A stretch of 64,000 nt of DNA from Eledone cirrhosa (Eukaryota), in NCBI GenBank assembly GCA_964016885.1, contig OZ024741.1:189162001-189226000 (forward strand). Direction: 5' to 3'. Below are positions 53,101 through 64,000 of the stretch, one piece after another (position 1 is the first letter of the stretch; every line of letters begins with the position of its first letter). Position numbers and translations under genes: made by a program. The notes beneath the pieces were generated by a model that was not told where the DNA came from, searched no databases, and was given only the letters and a program-made list of their open reading frames with translations.

Positions 53101-54345
53101 CCTCCATGGATTTCGTCGTAGCCGTCACAATGTTGTCCAACGTGACCATTTAGGTCGCAAGCAATAATTATATAGTCACTGTCGGTTATTTGGGAGGTAG
53201 TGAGCATCAGTGTCTCATAGAAACTGTCTTTTATAGCGCCAGGCAGTCCGGATTGGGGCACGTACGCAGATATTACCGTCACAGTAGTTCTATTTAGAAC
53301 AAGTCTTATTTTAATTATTCTGTCATTCACTCTATTTACGTCTATTATCTTATCCACCCATTTTTCTGCTAACATGATTCCTACCCCACCCAGCCCATTG
53401 TCGTTTCCCACCCAGAAAAGCTTATAGCATCGTTTTTTACCCACAATGAATCTAGCAGACCCACCCCTCCACCTGGTCTCTTGGATACAGCAAACATCAA
53501 CCTCCTTACATTCAAGCATTTTTACAACCTCGTTAGAGCGGCCTTTTAAGGTGCCTACATTCATGGTACCAACTCTGAAGTTTTGGATTGTGTTTGGTGG
53601 GTGGGGCGCGGGGAGGGGGATGGGGTTGGTGTATGTTGGCCATCCGTGGCCGCAACAAAGAGGAGGGGGCCTTGCCCTTTCGTCCGGCAGCATGAGGTGA
53701 ATTTGTCGTTATCTTTGGCATTGTCTTCGAGTGTCCAGATTCTTCAGACTCTCCAGAAATTCCTTAGTCCATCCATCATATCGAAAAGCAACCAGAAGTG
53801 ATAGCATAGGCCATTGACTTGTGATTGTTTCAAATAATAAAGGTGGAGAGTGGGGGCGGTAGGGAGTGGTATGGGGTAGTTAGCGAGGAGCAAACTTATT
53901 TATATTTGGTGCAAGTAGGGAGTGAGAGAGAGATTGAGAGAGCGACGTATGTGGTAGAGAGAGTGGGGGTGATAGCGACTTTAGAGGGCCGAGAGAGAGA
54001 GAGAAGCCATTCTTATGAATCCTGGAAAAATTTTCGGCCAAAATGGTAGCGAGAAGATTTTTTAGAACAGTGAGACAGGATTATAGAATAGCAATTATGA
54101 AGTAGGATTTGGATTCTGGGCGATTATAGATATATGGATGAATGAACCGAAGGGTGGGGAGGCAAAAAGAAAATGTTATTTATACGTTACATTTCGTAGA
54201 AGCGGACTGACCATTAATAAGAGTTGACAAATTCTGAGTTTTGTCCCTCGTAACAGGCTAATTTATATTTGGTGCGAGTAGGGAGTGAGAGGGAGTGAGA
54301 GAGAGATTGAGAGAGCGACGTATATGATAGAGAGAGTGGGGGTGA
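50152..54345 (-). mobile_element. Near full-length RTE LINE (APE + RT + Cys finger), two lesions
   Basis: Coding 53693-50543: APE (VGTMNVGTL, IQETRW, CDLNGHVG, QVDYIL), in-frame TGA at 52251-52253, +1 frameshift near 51740, YADD; 3'UTR to (GAT)n tail; 5' boundary uncertain. Confidence 0.93.
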
Positions 54346-54394
54346 TATATATGTATATAAATATATGTATACATGTATATATATAAATGTATGC

Positions 54395-54429
<35 letters not shown>

Positions 54430-54433
<4 letters not shown>

Positions 54434-56351
54434 GGTCACAGAAAAAGTAATAGTGCAACTAATCAGAGAACGAATTGATCTAGATGAAAAGCAGTTCGGG
54501 TTTGTGTCAGGTAAAAGTACCACAGACGCTCTTTTCATTGTACAACAACTACAGGAGAAGTACCTAGCTAAAGGTAAACCCCTATACTTAGCTTTTGTTG
54601 ACTTGGAGAAAGCCTTTGACAGAGTCCCCCCGCTCCATTATCTGGTGGGCGCGTAGAAAACTAGGTGTTGATGAATGGCTTGTGAGAGCTATACAAGCCA
54701 TGTATAAAGAAACGGTCAGCAAGGTTAGAATTAACAACGAATATAGTGAAGAGTTTAGCGTAAAAGTTGGTGTTCATCAGCGCTCCGTTCTTATCCCCCT
54801 ACTATTTATTATTGCCCTTCAGGCTATAACAGTGGAGTTCAAGACTGGCTGCCCATGGGAACTCCTATATGCAGATGATCAAACGCTCATAGCTGAATCA
54901 ATGGCTGAACTAGAGAAGAAATTCCAAACATGGAAGCATGGCCTAGAATCAAAAGGCCTTAAAGTTAACTTGTCTAAGACTAAAGTTCTAGTTTGTAGGA
55001 AGGAAATTAGGGAACCGGTCCCATCTGGGAAATGGCCATGCTCAGTGTGTAGGAAAGGAGTAGCCAGAAACTCCATTTTATGTCCCAAATTCAAAGTATG
55101 GGTGCTTAAAAGATGTAGTGGGATCACAGGTAAGCTAACTAAGAATATAGATTTTATATGTGGCCGGTGCTCTGGTGCAATAAGTAGCAGCAAGTGCCCA
55201 CAGAATACTAGCTCATTCCATTGCACAGATGGTTCTATAGAAATAGTGGACAGCTTCCGTTACCTGGGTGACAAAATCAGCAGTGGAGGAGGGTGCTCTG
55301 AAAGTACAGTAGCTAGAGTCAGAACGGGATGGAAAAAGTTCAGAGAGCTTATACCACTATTGGCCGCTAAAGGGTTCTCTCTAAAAATGAAAGGCAGGCT
55401 GTATGATGGCTGCATACGAACAGCAATGTTACATGGCAGTGAGACCTGGGCATTGTGTGCAGAGGATATATGCAAACTGGAGAGAAACGAAGCTTGCATG
55501 CTCCGCTGGATGTGTAATAGTAATATACGTGAACAGCAAAGCATAAACAAACTAAGGGAGAAATTAGGAATAAGAGGGATCAGATGTTGTTTACTCGAGA
55601 GAAGATAAAGTTGGTACGGACACGTGATGCGCATGAAAGACGACAACTGCATAAAAAAGTGCAGGGCGATAAAAATAGACGGTAGCCACGGAGTAGGCAG
55701 ACCCAGAAAAACCTGGGACGACTTGATAAATTCCGACCTCACACACTTACACGTCTCCAAGACAATGTCACTGGACCGAGATCTTTGGCACTACACAGTC
55801 ATACAGAAGACCCGCCTTGCCTAAGTACAAAGCGAAACCTACAGTCAGTAGGCACCTCTAACAAAATACATCCCCGTCCCACTACCCCCACCCCATTCAC
55901 ACCACCCTCTTAAATGTGAAGTTATGTTGGTACCACAACATCCAGTCCGAAACAAATGAGGTCGTGTAGGTGTCACGACAATAAAAACACACAGTCCACG
56001 CTGTAATGTGGCCGTGTGGGTAACACGGTAAAAACCTCCCAGTACACACTGTAAACGTGGTTGGTGTTGGGAAGGGCACCCAGCCGTAGAAAACCTGCCA
56101 GACGTGTAGGTGTCACGACAAAAAAAACACACAGTCCACGCTGTAATGTGGCCATGTAGGTAACACAGTAAAAACCTCCCAGTCCACACTGTAAACGTGG
56201 TTGGTGTTAGGAAGGGCATCCAGCCGTAGAAAACCTGCCAGACATTCCTATACGAGCAGGATAACCAATCTTGCCTCAAGTGGGAAAACTCCCGTCCCAA
56301 CCCATGCAAGCTTGGAAGATGGACGTTAAACGATGATGATGATGATGATGA
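54430..56351 (+). mobile_element. 5'-truncated copy of the same RTE, inverted relative to 50152-53693
   Basis: ORFs 54387-54656, 54595-55608, 55624-55824; about 140 bp tandem duplication in 3'UTR; (GAT)n tail. Confidence 0.93.
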
Positions 56352-56401
56352 TATGTATGTGTGTATATATATATATGTGTGTGTGTGTCTGTGTGTATAT
56401 A

Positions 56402-56498
<97 letters not shown>

Positions 56499-57152
56499 AT
56501 CTATATATATATATATTTGTATATATATAGTTTGGAATAACAAAAAACAAACGCAGGAGTAAATATATATCTATATATATATGGGGGTCTGCAGTGGCCG
56601 CTGGTTATGACCGCCAAGCAAGGGCTTAATATTTATTCTATATCCTACCCTGAAAATCTATTGAGACTGTCTATAATACACTTAAACTTTTTCATAAAAG
56701 CGTCCTTCGGTAATTTCTTTAACTAAATCTCACAACCCAACCCAAACCTTAAAACTTATTTTTCTAATTTCATCCTATAACTCTAAACATAAGTTTAATG
56801 TTTCTAATTGTTAACCGAAATTTCTGTCCACACATTATACCATACAGGCGCCCACTATATATGTCTTTGTCGAAGATATATGTTCTTTGACAAAACATTT
56901 TTCACAGCACTTTCTAGCACGCATGATCAGCTTGATTGAGGCATGACCCCAATGCTGACATTTCTCTTTGATGGGGAGGTAGTAGCACATTATAAGCTTA
57001 CGCCTCCTCACCAGATGGTCATAAGTAGACTTAATAATCAACACTTGAGGGCAGCCGACCTAGGTAGAAGCTGCTAAATGGTCGGTCGTCCTCTTGTCTC
57101 TGATTTTCAGCCCCATGGATTTTATCTGTTATATTCCTTTGTTATATTTTGA

Positions 57153-57210
57153 ATACCTGATGATGTCACCGGATTCATACTCAACCCGGTCATTGAAATG
57201 ATCATAGTAT
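57153..57210 (+). ncRNA. Type I minimal hammerhead ribozyme
   Basis: atac-CTGATGA-tgtcaccgg...ccggtcatt-GAAA-tgatca-TA-gtat; palindromic ATGATCAT helix III; base of helix II imperfect. Confidence 0.7.
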
Positions 57211-57264
57211 AATAAACCTTTCAAGGATTTACACCAGTCCAGCCTCCTGTTATTTTATAATATA

Positions 57265-57853
57265 CTAGCAGTGGTACCCAACATTGCACGGGATAAGGTA
57301 TTGTGTAATATATAACCGCCTTAGCTAAGCTTAGTATTGCCACAACCACGGCTGGCAAAGAAGTAAGGGTCTGGTGGTACATAAGTAAGCAACACTGTGG
57401 CTTAAAACGTGAGGAAGAAGTTGTGTGCACTTACCAACTGTTTGGGGAATGAGTGTGAGATTTGTCTTGATCAAGGGTGGCAGAATAACTGGAGGCAGCA
57501 GACAGCCAGACATACAGACACATATTATAAAGGCGTGTTCCAGAACAGAGCGAATTGTAGGAAGTGACGTAATGCAGACAGTCAGACATACAGACAGATA
57601 TTATAAGGGCGCAACGTTATATGTATGTATCTATCTAAAAAGAGAAAGACTAAAAATTATAGAGAGAGAGCGCTAAATCGCCTAATGCGGTCCCTAGGAC
57701 ATTGAAAATTTGAAATTATTTTTGCTCAGAACACTCCCTGAAACATAAGTATTACATGTGTAAAGTTTGAAAACAGTCAGTTGGGTGCTTCTCTAGTTTT
57801 AGGGATTCAAACTCACACACACAGACAGACATCCTCAGTTTTATATATATAGA
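57265..57853 (-). mobile_element. Non-autonomous Helitron
   Basis: - strand A|TCTATATATATAAAACTGAGG..(ctgt)n ... cccgtgcaatgttggg hairpin..CTAG|T. Confidence 0.8.
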
Positions 57854-57865
57854 TATATATGTATA

Positions 57866-58632
57866 TGTAAGTATGTATACGTACATACATATATCTATAC
57901 AGACGTACAGTAGTATGTATATATATACATACATGCACACATATATATATGTACGTATGGGTTTACCGAACATTCATTATAATGTTTGGTTTGCTTGTAA
58001 ACAAACAGCCCGAATTAAGCCATACAGTGTTCGGCAACCATCGTCACCCTTTTGTTCAACACTGTCAAAGGAACGATGAACTAGTTTCAAGCTTATTAGC
58101 TATCGTCAGCATCGTATACCTTCCTGTCAGATGATTGAATGTTTGAAAGTATATACTTTCCTTATGTATATTAATGACTGAGCAGCCTAATTTGCATATC
58201 GAGTGAGTTAGTCGGCCGGGTGTACCGAAAACGATAAATGGAATAGAATGAAATGAAATTTCCTTTCTCACTCTTAGTACGGCTGATACTTAAATGTAAG
58301 TATGTATATGTACATACATATATGTATACAGACGTACAGTAGTATGTATATATATATATACATAGATGCACACACATATATATATGTACGTATGGGTTTA
58401 CCAAACATTTATTATAATGTTCGGTTTGTTTGTAAACAAACAGCCCGAATTAAGTTGTACAGTGTTCGGCAACCATCGTTGCCCTTTTGTTCAACACTGA
58501 CAAAGGAATGATGAACTAGTTTCAAGCTTATTAGCTATCATCAGCATCATATACCTTCCTGTCAGATGATTGAACGTTTGAAAGTATATACTTTCATTAT
58601 GTATATTAACGGCTGAGCAGCCTAATTTGCAT
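57866..58632. repeat. About 430-bp tandem duplication (second copy truncated)
   Basis: 57866-58295 repeated from 58295 with scattered substitutions. Confidence 0.9.
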
Positions 58633-58939
58633 GTACTGGGTGCTTTTATTGTAGAACACCAGCACTTGGGAGACTGTCATGTCCTTGATACAAATAAATG
58701 GTCCTCCCAACCTTTGTTTGGCAAGTTTTCTATTGCTGGATGCCCTTTCTATCACCAACCACTATATGTATCATCATCATCATCATCGTTATCACCATTT
58801 TACGTCCGCTTTTCCCTGCTTGCAAGGGTGGGACGGGTCCTATTCAGCACAGCATCCCTCCACTTGTCACAGTTCTTCGTCATCTCCTCTGTGAGTTTCA
58901 GCGATCTGAGGTCTGCTCTCACCACCTCCGCCCATGTTT

Positions 58940-58975
<36 letters not shown>

Positions 58976-59004
58976 CACACACACACACATATTTAGTTAC
59001 AAAT

Positions 59005-59488
59005 GAGATCGTGTAGGTGTCACGACAAAAAACACACAGTCCACGCTGTAATGTGGCTGTGTAGGCAACACGGTAAAAACCTCCCAGCCCCACACTGTAA
59101 ATGTGGTTGGTGTTAGGAAGGGCATCCAACTGTAGAAAACCTGCCAGACAGTCCACGCTGTAATGTGGCCGTGTAGGCAACACGGTAAAAACCTCCCAGC
59201 CCCACACTGTAAATGTGGTTGGTGTTAGGAAGGGCATCCAGCTGTAGAAAACCCGCCAGACAGTCCACGCTGTAATGTGGCCGTGTAGGCAACACGGTAA
59301 AAACCTCCCAGCCCCACACTGTAAATGTGGTTGGTGTTAGGAAGGGCATCCAACTGTAGAAAACCCGCCAGACAGTCCTATGCGAGCAAGACAATCACTC
59401 TTGCCTCAAGTGGGAAAACCCCCGTCCAAACCCATGCAAGCGTGGAACACGTACGCTAAACCTGATGATGATGATGATGATGATGATA
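59005..59488 (+). mobile_element. RTE 3'UTR with three 112-bp tandem units
   Basis: Units start at 59037, 59149, 59261; (GAT)n tail. Confidence 0.9.
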
Positions 59489-59628
59489 TGTAAATGATTA
59501 AAAATAACCAGGTTTAAATCACACTGAATTATTTATTTGATTGACGAACGTTTCAATCAATACTACAGGAATATTCACTTCTGCTGTATTGATCTCTTCA
59601 GAAACTATTAAACAACATAAATCAAACC

Positions 59629-59681
<53 letters not shown>

Positions 59682-59916
59682 GTCCGCTTTTCCCTGCTTG
59701 CAAGGGTGGGACGGGTCCTATTCGGCACAGCACCTCTCCACTTGTCACAGTTCTTCGTCATCTCCCCTGTGAGTTTCAGCGATCTGAGGTCTGCTCTCAC
59801 CACCTCCGCCCATGTTTTTCTTGGTCTTCCTCTACTGCCTCTTCCTTCTACTGGGATTTCTATGTATGTACATATGTAAGTATATATATATATATGCACA
59901 TATATATATGTATATG

Positions 59917-59963
<47 letters not shown>

Positions 59964-59981
59964 TGTATGTATATATATATA

Positions 59982-60455
59982 TCATCATCATCATCATCAT
60001 CGTCATCGTTTAACGTCTATCTTCCACGCTAGCATGGGTTAGACGGGAATTGTCCCACTAGAGGCAAGATTGGTTGGGTGTCCGTGTCTCGCTCATATAG
60101 GACTGTCTGGTAGGTTTTCTACGGCTGGATGCCCTTCCTAACACCAACCACACTTACAGTGTGGATTGGGAGCTTTTTATCGTGTTACCTACATGGCCAC
60201 ATTACAGCATGGACTGTGTGTTTTTTTTGTCATGACGCCTACACGACCTCATTAGTTTGGACTGGATGTTGTGGTACCAACATAACTTTACAGAGAAATG
60301 GTGGTGTTGGTGGGAGTGGGAGGATGGAGTAGAGGTAGTGGGTTGGGATGTATATTTGGTTAAGAGGAGCCTACTGACTGTAGGTTTCGCTTTGTACATA
60401 GGCAAGGCAGGTCTGCTGTATTACTGCATGGCGCCAAATATCTCGGTCCAGTGAC
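59982..60455 (-). mobile_element. RTE 3' end fragment
   Basis: Homologous to 50152-50600. Confidence 0.85.
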
Positions 60456-60740
60456 ATATATACATATATATATATATGTATGTATGTATATATATATATT
60501 TATATATGTGTCTATATATATATGTATGTATATATATATATATATTTATATATGTGTGTATATATATATATATTTATATATATATATCTACATATATATA
60601 TATATGTAGAAGTTGTATTTAATTTGTTGGAATTCCGACAAACATAAATGTTTATAACTGATTTAGAGCACTCAACAGATTACTGGAGTAAATATTCCAT
60701 GATATAAAATAAATGGAAACTATATTTATAAAACCATATT

Positions 60741-60805
60741 TATTTTATTATATATATTTCAAGGGCATCCAAGCCAACCTTGGTGCGCTTTCATCAGATA
60801 AAATA
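60741..60805 (-). ncRNA. Type I minimal hammerhead ribozyme, intact core
   Basis: - strand tattttat-CTGATGA-aagcgcaccaag/gttgg/cttggatgccctt-GAAA-tatata-TA-ataaaata. Confidence 0.8.
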
Positions 60806-61502
60806 CAAGTTTGTTTTATAAATAAAGACGTACCCATGAAAATCATACCTTATCTGTCGGAAATTCACTGGATAGTGGAAACATATTAGGGATTATTCAA
60901 AATTATGTGTGAATATGCAAATGAATGTGTAAATAATTGAAACAATAATCGTTTATTTAAATGACGCTAGGGAAAGATAGGGAAGAAAGAGAGAGAGAAA
61001 AAAAAATTAATATAATGAGATAGATAGAGAAAAGAAATTTACAAGAGGATGAATAGAACTCATGTAACGTAAATAAGTTTTAAGTTTATATCTACTAATC
61101 GTATGTATATTTACTATTATTTTGTTGTTAGAATTATTTTCTAATATAATATAATATTTACTATTATAAGTAGATAGAAAAAATAGATATATATAGAAAA
61201 ATAAATATATATAAAAAATTAGATAGAAAAATTATATTGAAAAATTATTTTGAAAAATAAATAGATAGAAAAATAGATAAATAGAAGAATCAATAGATAG
61301 ATAGAATAATAGATATATGAATGGATAGATGGGTATATCTTGTTATAGATAATTGTTTTAATGAGTTATGAGGGATATTGGTTTATATTTAGTGTAAGTA
61401 ATTAAGTTAACTGAGTTAATAAGAATATTTATATATTTAAAATGTTTTAAATTGGGAAGATAGAGAATAAAACCACCAGTTTTGTTTGTTTATTAGTTAG
61501 TA

Positions 61503-62146
61503 CTAGCAGTAAAGCCCGGCGTTGCTCGGGGTCGCTCAGTAGCTGTGTTAAAGTTACAATGTTAAGTTTCTTTTTTGGCTTAAAAACTGTAGTGTCTACT
61601 GTGCAGACTTGCATGTGGTGTTTTTGATTAATATTCCCTCAACCAACAATATGCCTTATGAAGTTAAGAAAACATAACGATAACCCGAATATTATAACAA
61701 AAGAGGATGCTGGGGATAAAAACTGCACTGGTTATTTATTAACAAAGATCGAAAATGTAAACACTGCAACGCAGAGAAAAACATTAGCGTAACCAAATTA
61801 TCAGTTATGTCTGTCTGCACGCCTATATCACCTCTCTGCACGACCGTCTGTCTGCACGCTAGGGCTCAATGTACAAGTATAGCAATTTCGGTGCAATTCC
61901 GTCAGAGATTCTAAGAGGAGATGTGTGCCAAAAATCGATAGACAGACAGACAACCACAGCTTTATATATATAGATGACATAATCAAAAACAAGAACTTAT
62001 TTGAAAATTTATTTGACCGATGGTTCCGCCGGACCTTCATCTATAAGTGTAGCAATTTCACCGAAATTTGAACGTACGGTTTAAGAGGAGATGTGTGCCG
62101 AAGGTTTTAGTAGACAGACAGACAACCTCAGTTTTATATATATAGA
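61503..62146 (-). mobile_element. Non-autonomous Helitron nested in the Penelope-like element, duplicated 5' end
   Basis: 5' TC ends at 62146 and 61974; 3' cccgagcaacgccggg hairpin + CTAG|T at 61503. Confidence 0.85.
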
Positions 62147-63084
62147 TGAGACCATTTTGTCAAAGATATAAATGTTGAAAGATATATTTAGCCTGAATTA
62201 GTTATTGGTTATAAATCTAATAAAAGATATTAAAAAATGTTATTAAAAAATATTAAAAGTATTAAAAATTCTGGAAAATTTAAAAAAAAATTTCGGAAAA
62301 TATTAAAAAAAATATTTTTAAAAATCCCTAAAAAATTTTTTTTAACATTTTTTAAAATTTTAAAATTATTAAAAAAATATTTTATAAGAGATAAGGAGAT
62401 TTTTTTAAAAATAAGTAATTTTTTTAAAAATATATGAAATATTTTAGAAGTAAAATATAAAAATAAAAATGAAAAATTTAAGAAGTAAAAAATAAAAAAT
62501 AAAAATAAAGAATTAAAAAACCTTAAATAATATTAAAATTAAAGTTAAAATTAAAAGTTAAAATTTAAACATTTAGGATCATATATGTATATAATTTAAG
62601 AAAATTTAAAAAGTGAAATTATAACAAGTTGAATTATAGCAAACAATATATGGAAATAAGTAGAAATATTATAAGTGTAATTATAATTTATATATAGTTC
62701 TAAATGTTGAATTTAGGCGATGTTTACAAGAACAAAATAAATTCATACGTATATTAATAGAGTTCTTACATTTAAGTATGAAGAAAATTTCCTCAACACA
62801 CAACTTGCAAAATCTAGATAAAGCTGTGTTGCGGTAGGCAGGTGCTTTTGAAATTATTTCCCAAGTTAAAGAATAGTCCATATTTTAGGATTTTAAGTTC
62901 CATATCAGGTTTGATAGAGAAGTTGAAGATGTTTTACCAATATTATTAAACGAGCATTTGTGATTATTAAAACGAGTTTTAAAGTCTGTAGAAGTTGAAC
63001 CTACATAGTTAAATATATTATCACTGGTTTTCACTGTGCATTTATAGACCACATCCTTATCTAAGCACTTATTTTTTTTAAATA

Positions 63085-64000
63085 AGTGCTTAGGGGCGTG
63101 CGTAGGGGCGATAAAAGGAGCCATAACCAAATGCTCGTCTCACACAAAGCCGGCCAGTCTACCGCGGCTGGTGGTTTTACCCTTCCAAGCGGTCGAAACC
63201 AACATAATAGAAAGAAGAACTTGATTCTTGGTGCATGGAATGTGTGCACCCTCATGGATAGGGAAACCTCCTTGAGGCCAGAGAGAAGAACTGCCCTCAT
63301 AGCGAGGGAATTAGCTCACTACCGGATCAACATAGCCGCCCTCAGCGAGACCAGACTCGCTGAAGAAGGATCAGCAGAACTGAAAGGAGGCTACACCTTC
63401 TTCTGGAAGGGCAATGCAAAGGACGAGGACAGACTCCATGGGGTAGGCCTGGCTACCAGACCTCCCAACACCTGTGAGTGAGCTGCTGATGAAGCTCCTT
63501 GACCCATCTCGGCATGTCACAGTCATCAGCGTGCACGCCCTCAGACTCACCAGCAGCGATGAAGCAAAGGACGCTTTCTACGGGGAACTCAACACACTTG
63601 TGAAGGGTGTCCCCCAAGCGACAAACTCATCCTACTGGGGGACTTCAATGCAAGAGTCGAGTCTGACAGCAGCAACTGGAGAGGCATACTGGGACCTCAC
63701 GGCACAGGGAAGCTGAACTCTAACGGCATTATACTGTTGAGTTTCTGTGCCGAGAACGACCTCACCATCTCCAGTACACTGTTCCGCCAGGCAGACAAGT
63801 TCAAGACGACATGGATGCACCCCAGATCCAAACTGTGGCATCTGATTGACTTTGTCATATGCCGTAGGAGGGACATCTATGACGTCAGAATCACCAGGGC
63901 GATGCGTGGTGTAGAGTGTTGGACTGACCATTGCCTTGTCAGGACCATCCTGTCATTGCACATCACCCCGACACATCGCAAGACTCCAAAAGTCTGTAGG
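63085..64000 (+). mobile_element. BovB-like RTE LINE 5' end (APE endonuclease), decayed, runs off window
   Basis: LGAWNVCTLMD...RPERRTALIARELAHY.INIAALSETRL..GYTFFWKG; LGDFNARV, TWMHPRSKLWHLIDF, WTDH. Confidence 0.9.

Larger units (their letters stand above)
60608..63070 (-). mobile_element. Penelope-like element 3' part (GIY-YIG, AT-rich tail, hammerhead)
   Basis: 62885-63070 and 62681-62881 in the same frame with one stop: CLDKDVVYKCTV..NYVGSTSTDFKTRFNNHKCSF...WEII...CKLCVEE...CSCKHR. Confidence 0.8.

Noticed and set aside
44929-64000. Next dynein exon (expected FLLTGG-type motif)
   Set aside because: Not found by eye; the intron probably extends beyond the window.

Overview
Eukaryotic, AT-rich, microsatellite-dense genomic DNA, inferred to be from an octopod cephalopod from the SINE/RTE repeat complement. 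The whole window lies inside one + strand gene: six GT-AG exons (2027-2172, 13838-14049, 27334-27526, 33464-33656, 42618-42790, 44788-44928; 1058 nt, phases all compatible) encode the AAA5/buttress region of an axonemal inner-arm dynein heavy chain, best matching DNAH12. The introns are a mosaic of transposons: RTE LINEs (one near full-length, with a PHD-like Cys finger inside the RT C-terminus), an RTE-X-like LINE, CR1, Tx1/L1 and R4/Dong fragments, Penelope-like elements (GIY-YIG), a mariner and its MITE, piggyBac-type MITEs, three non-autonomous Helitrons, two tRNA-derived SINE families and several minisatellites. The most notable unannotated signal is a set of roughly 8-10 type I hammerhead-ribozyme motifs (CUGANGA...GAAA...UH) from several apparently distinct sequence families. 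Most sit in short fold-back elements next to (TA)n tracts or at Penelope-like ends, and many have a palindromic minimal helix III. Most short ORFs in the track are microsatellite or antisense artefacts. All calls are by eye; family names are from motif recognition, not database searches.
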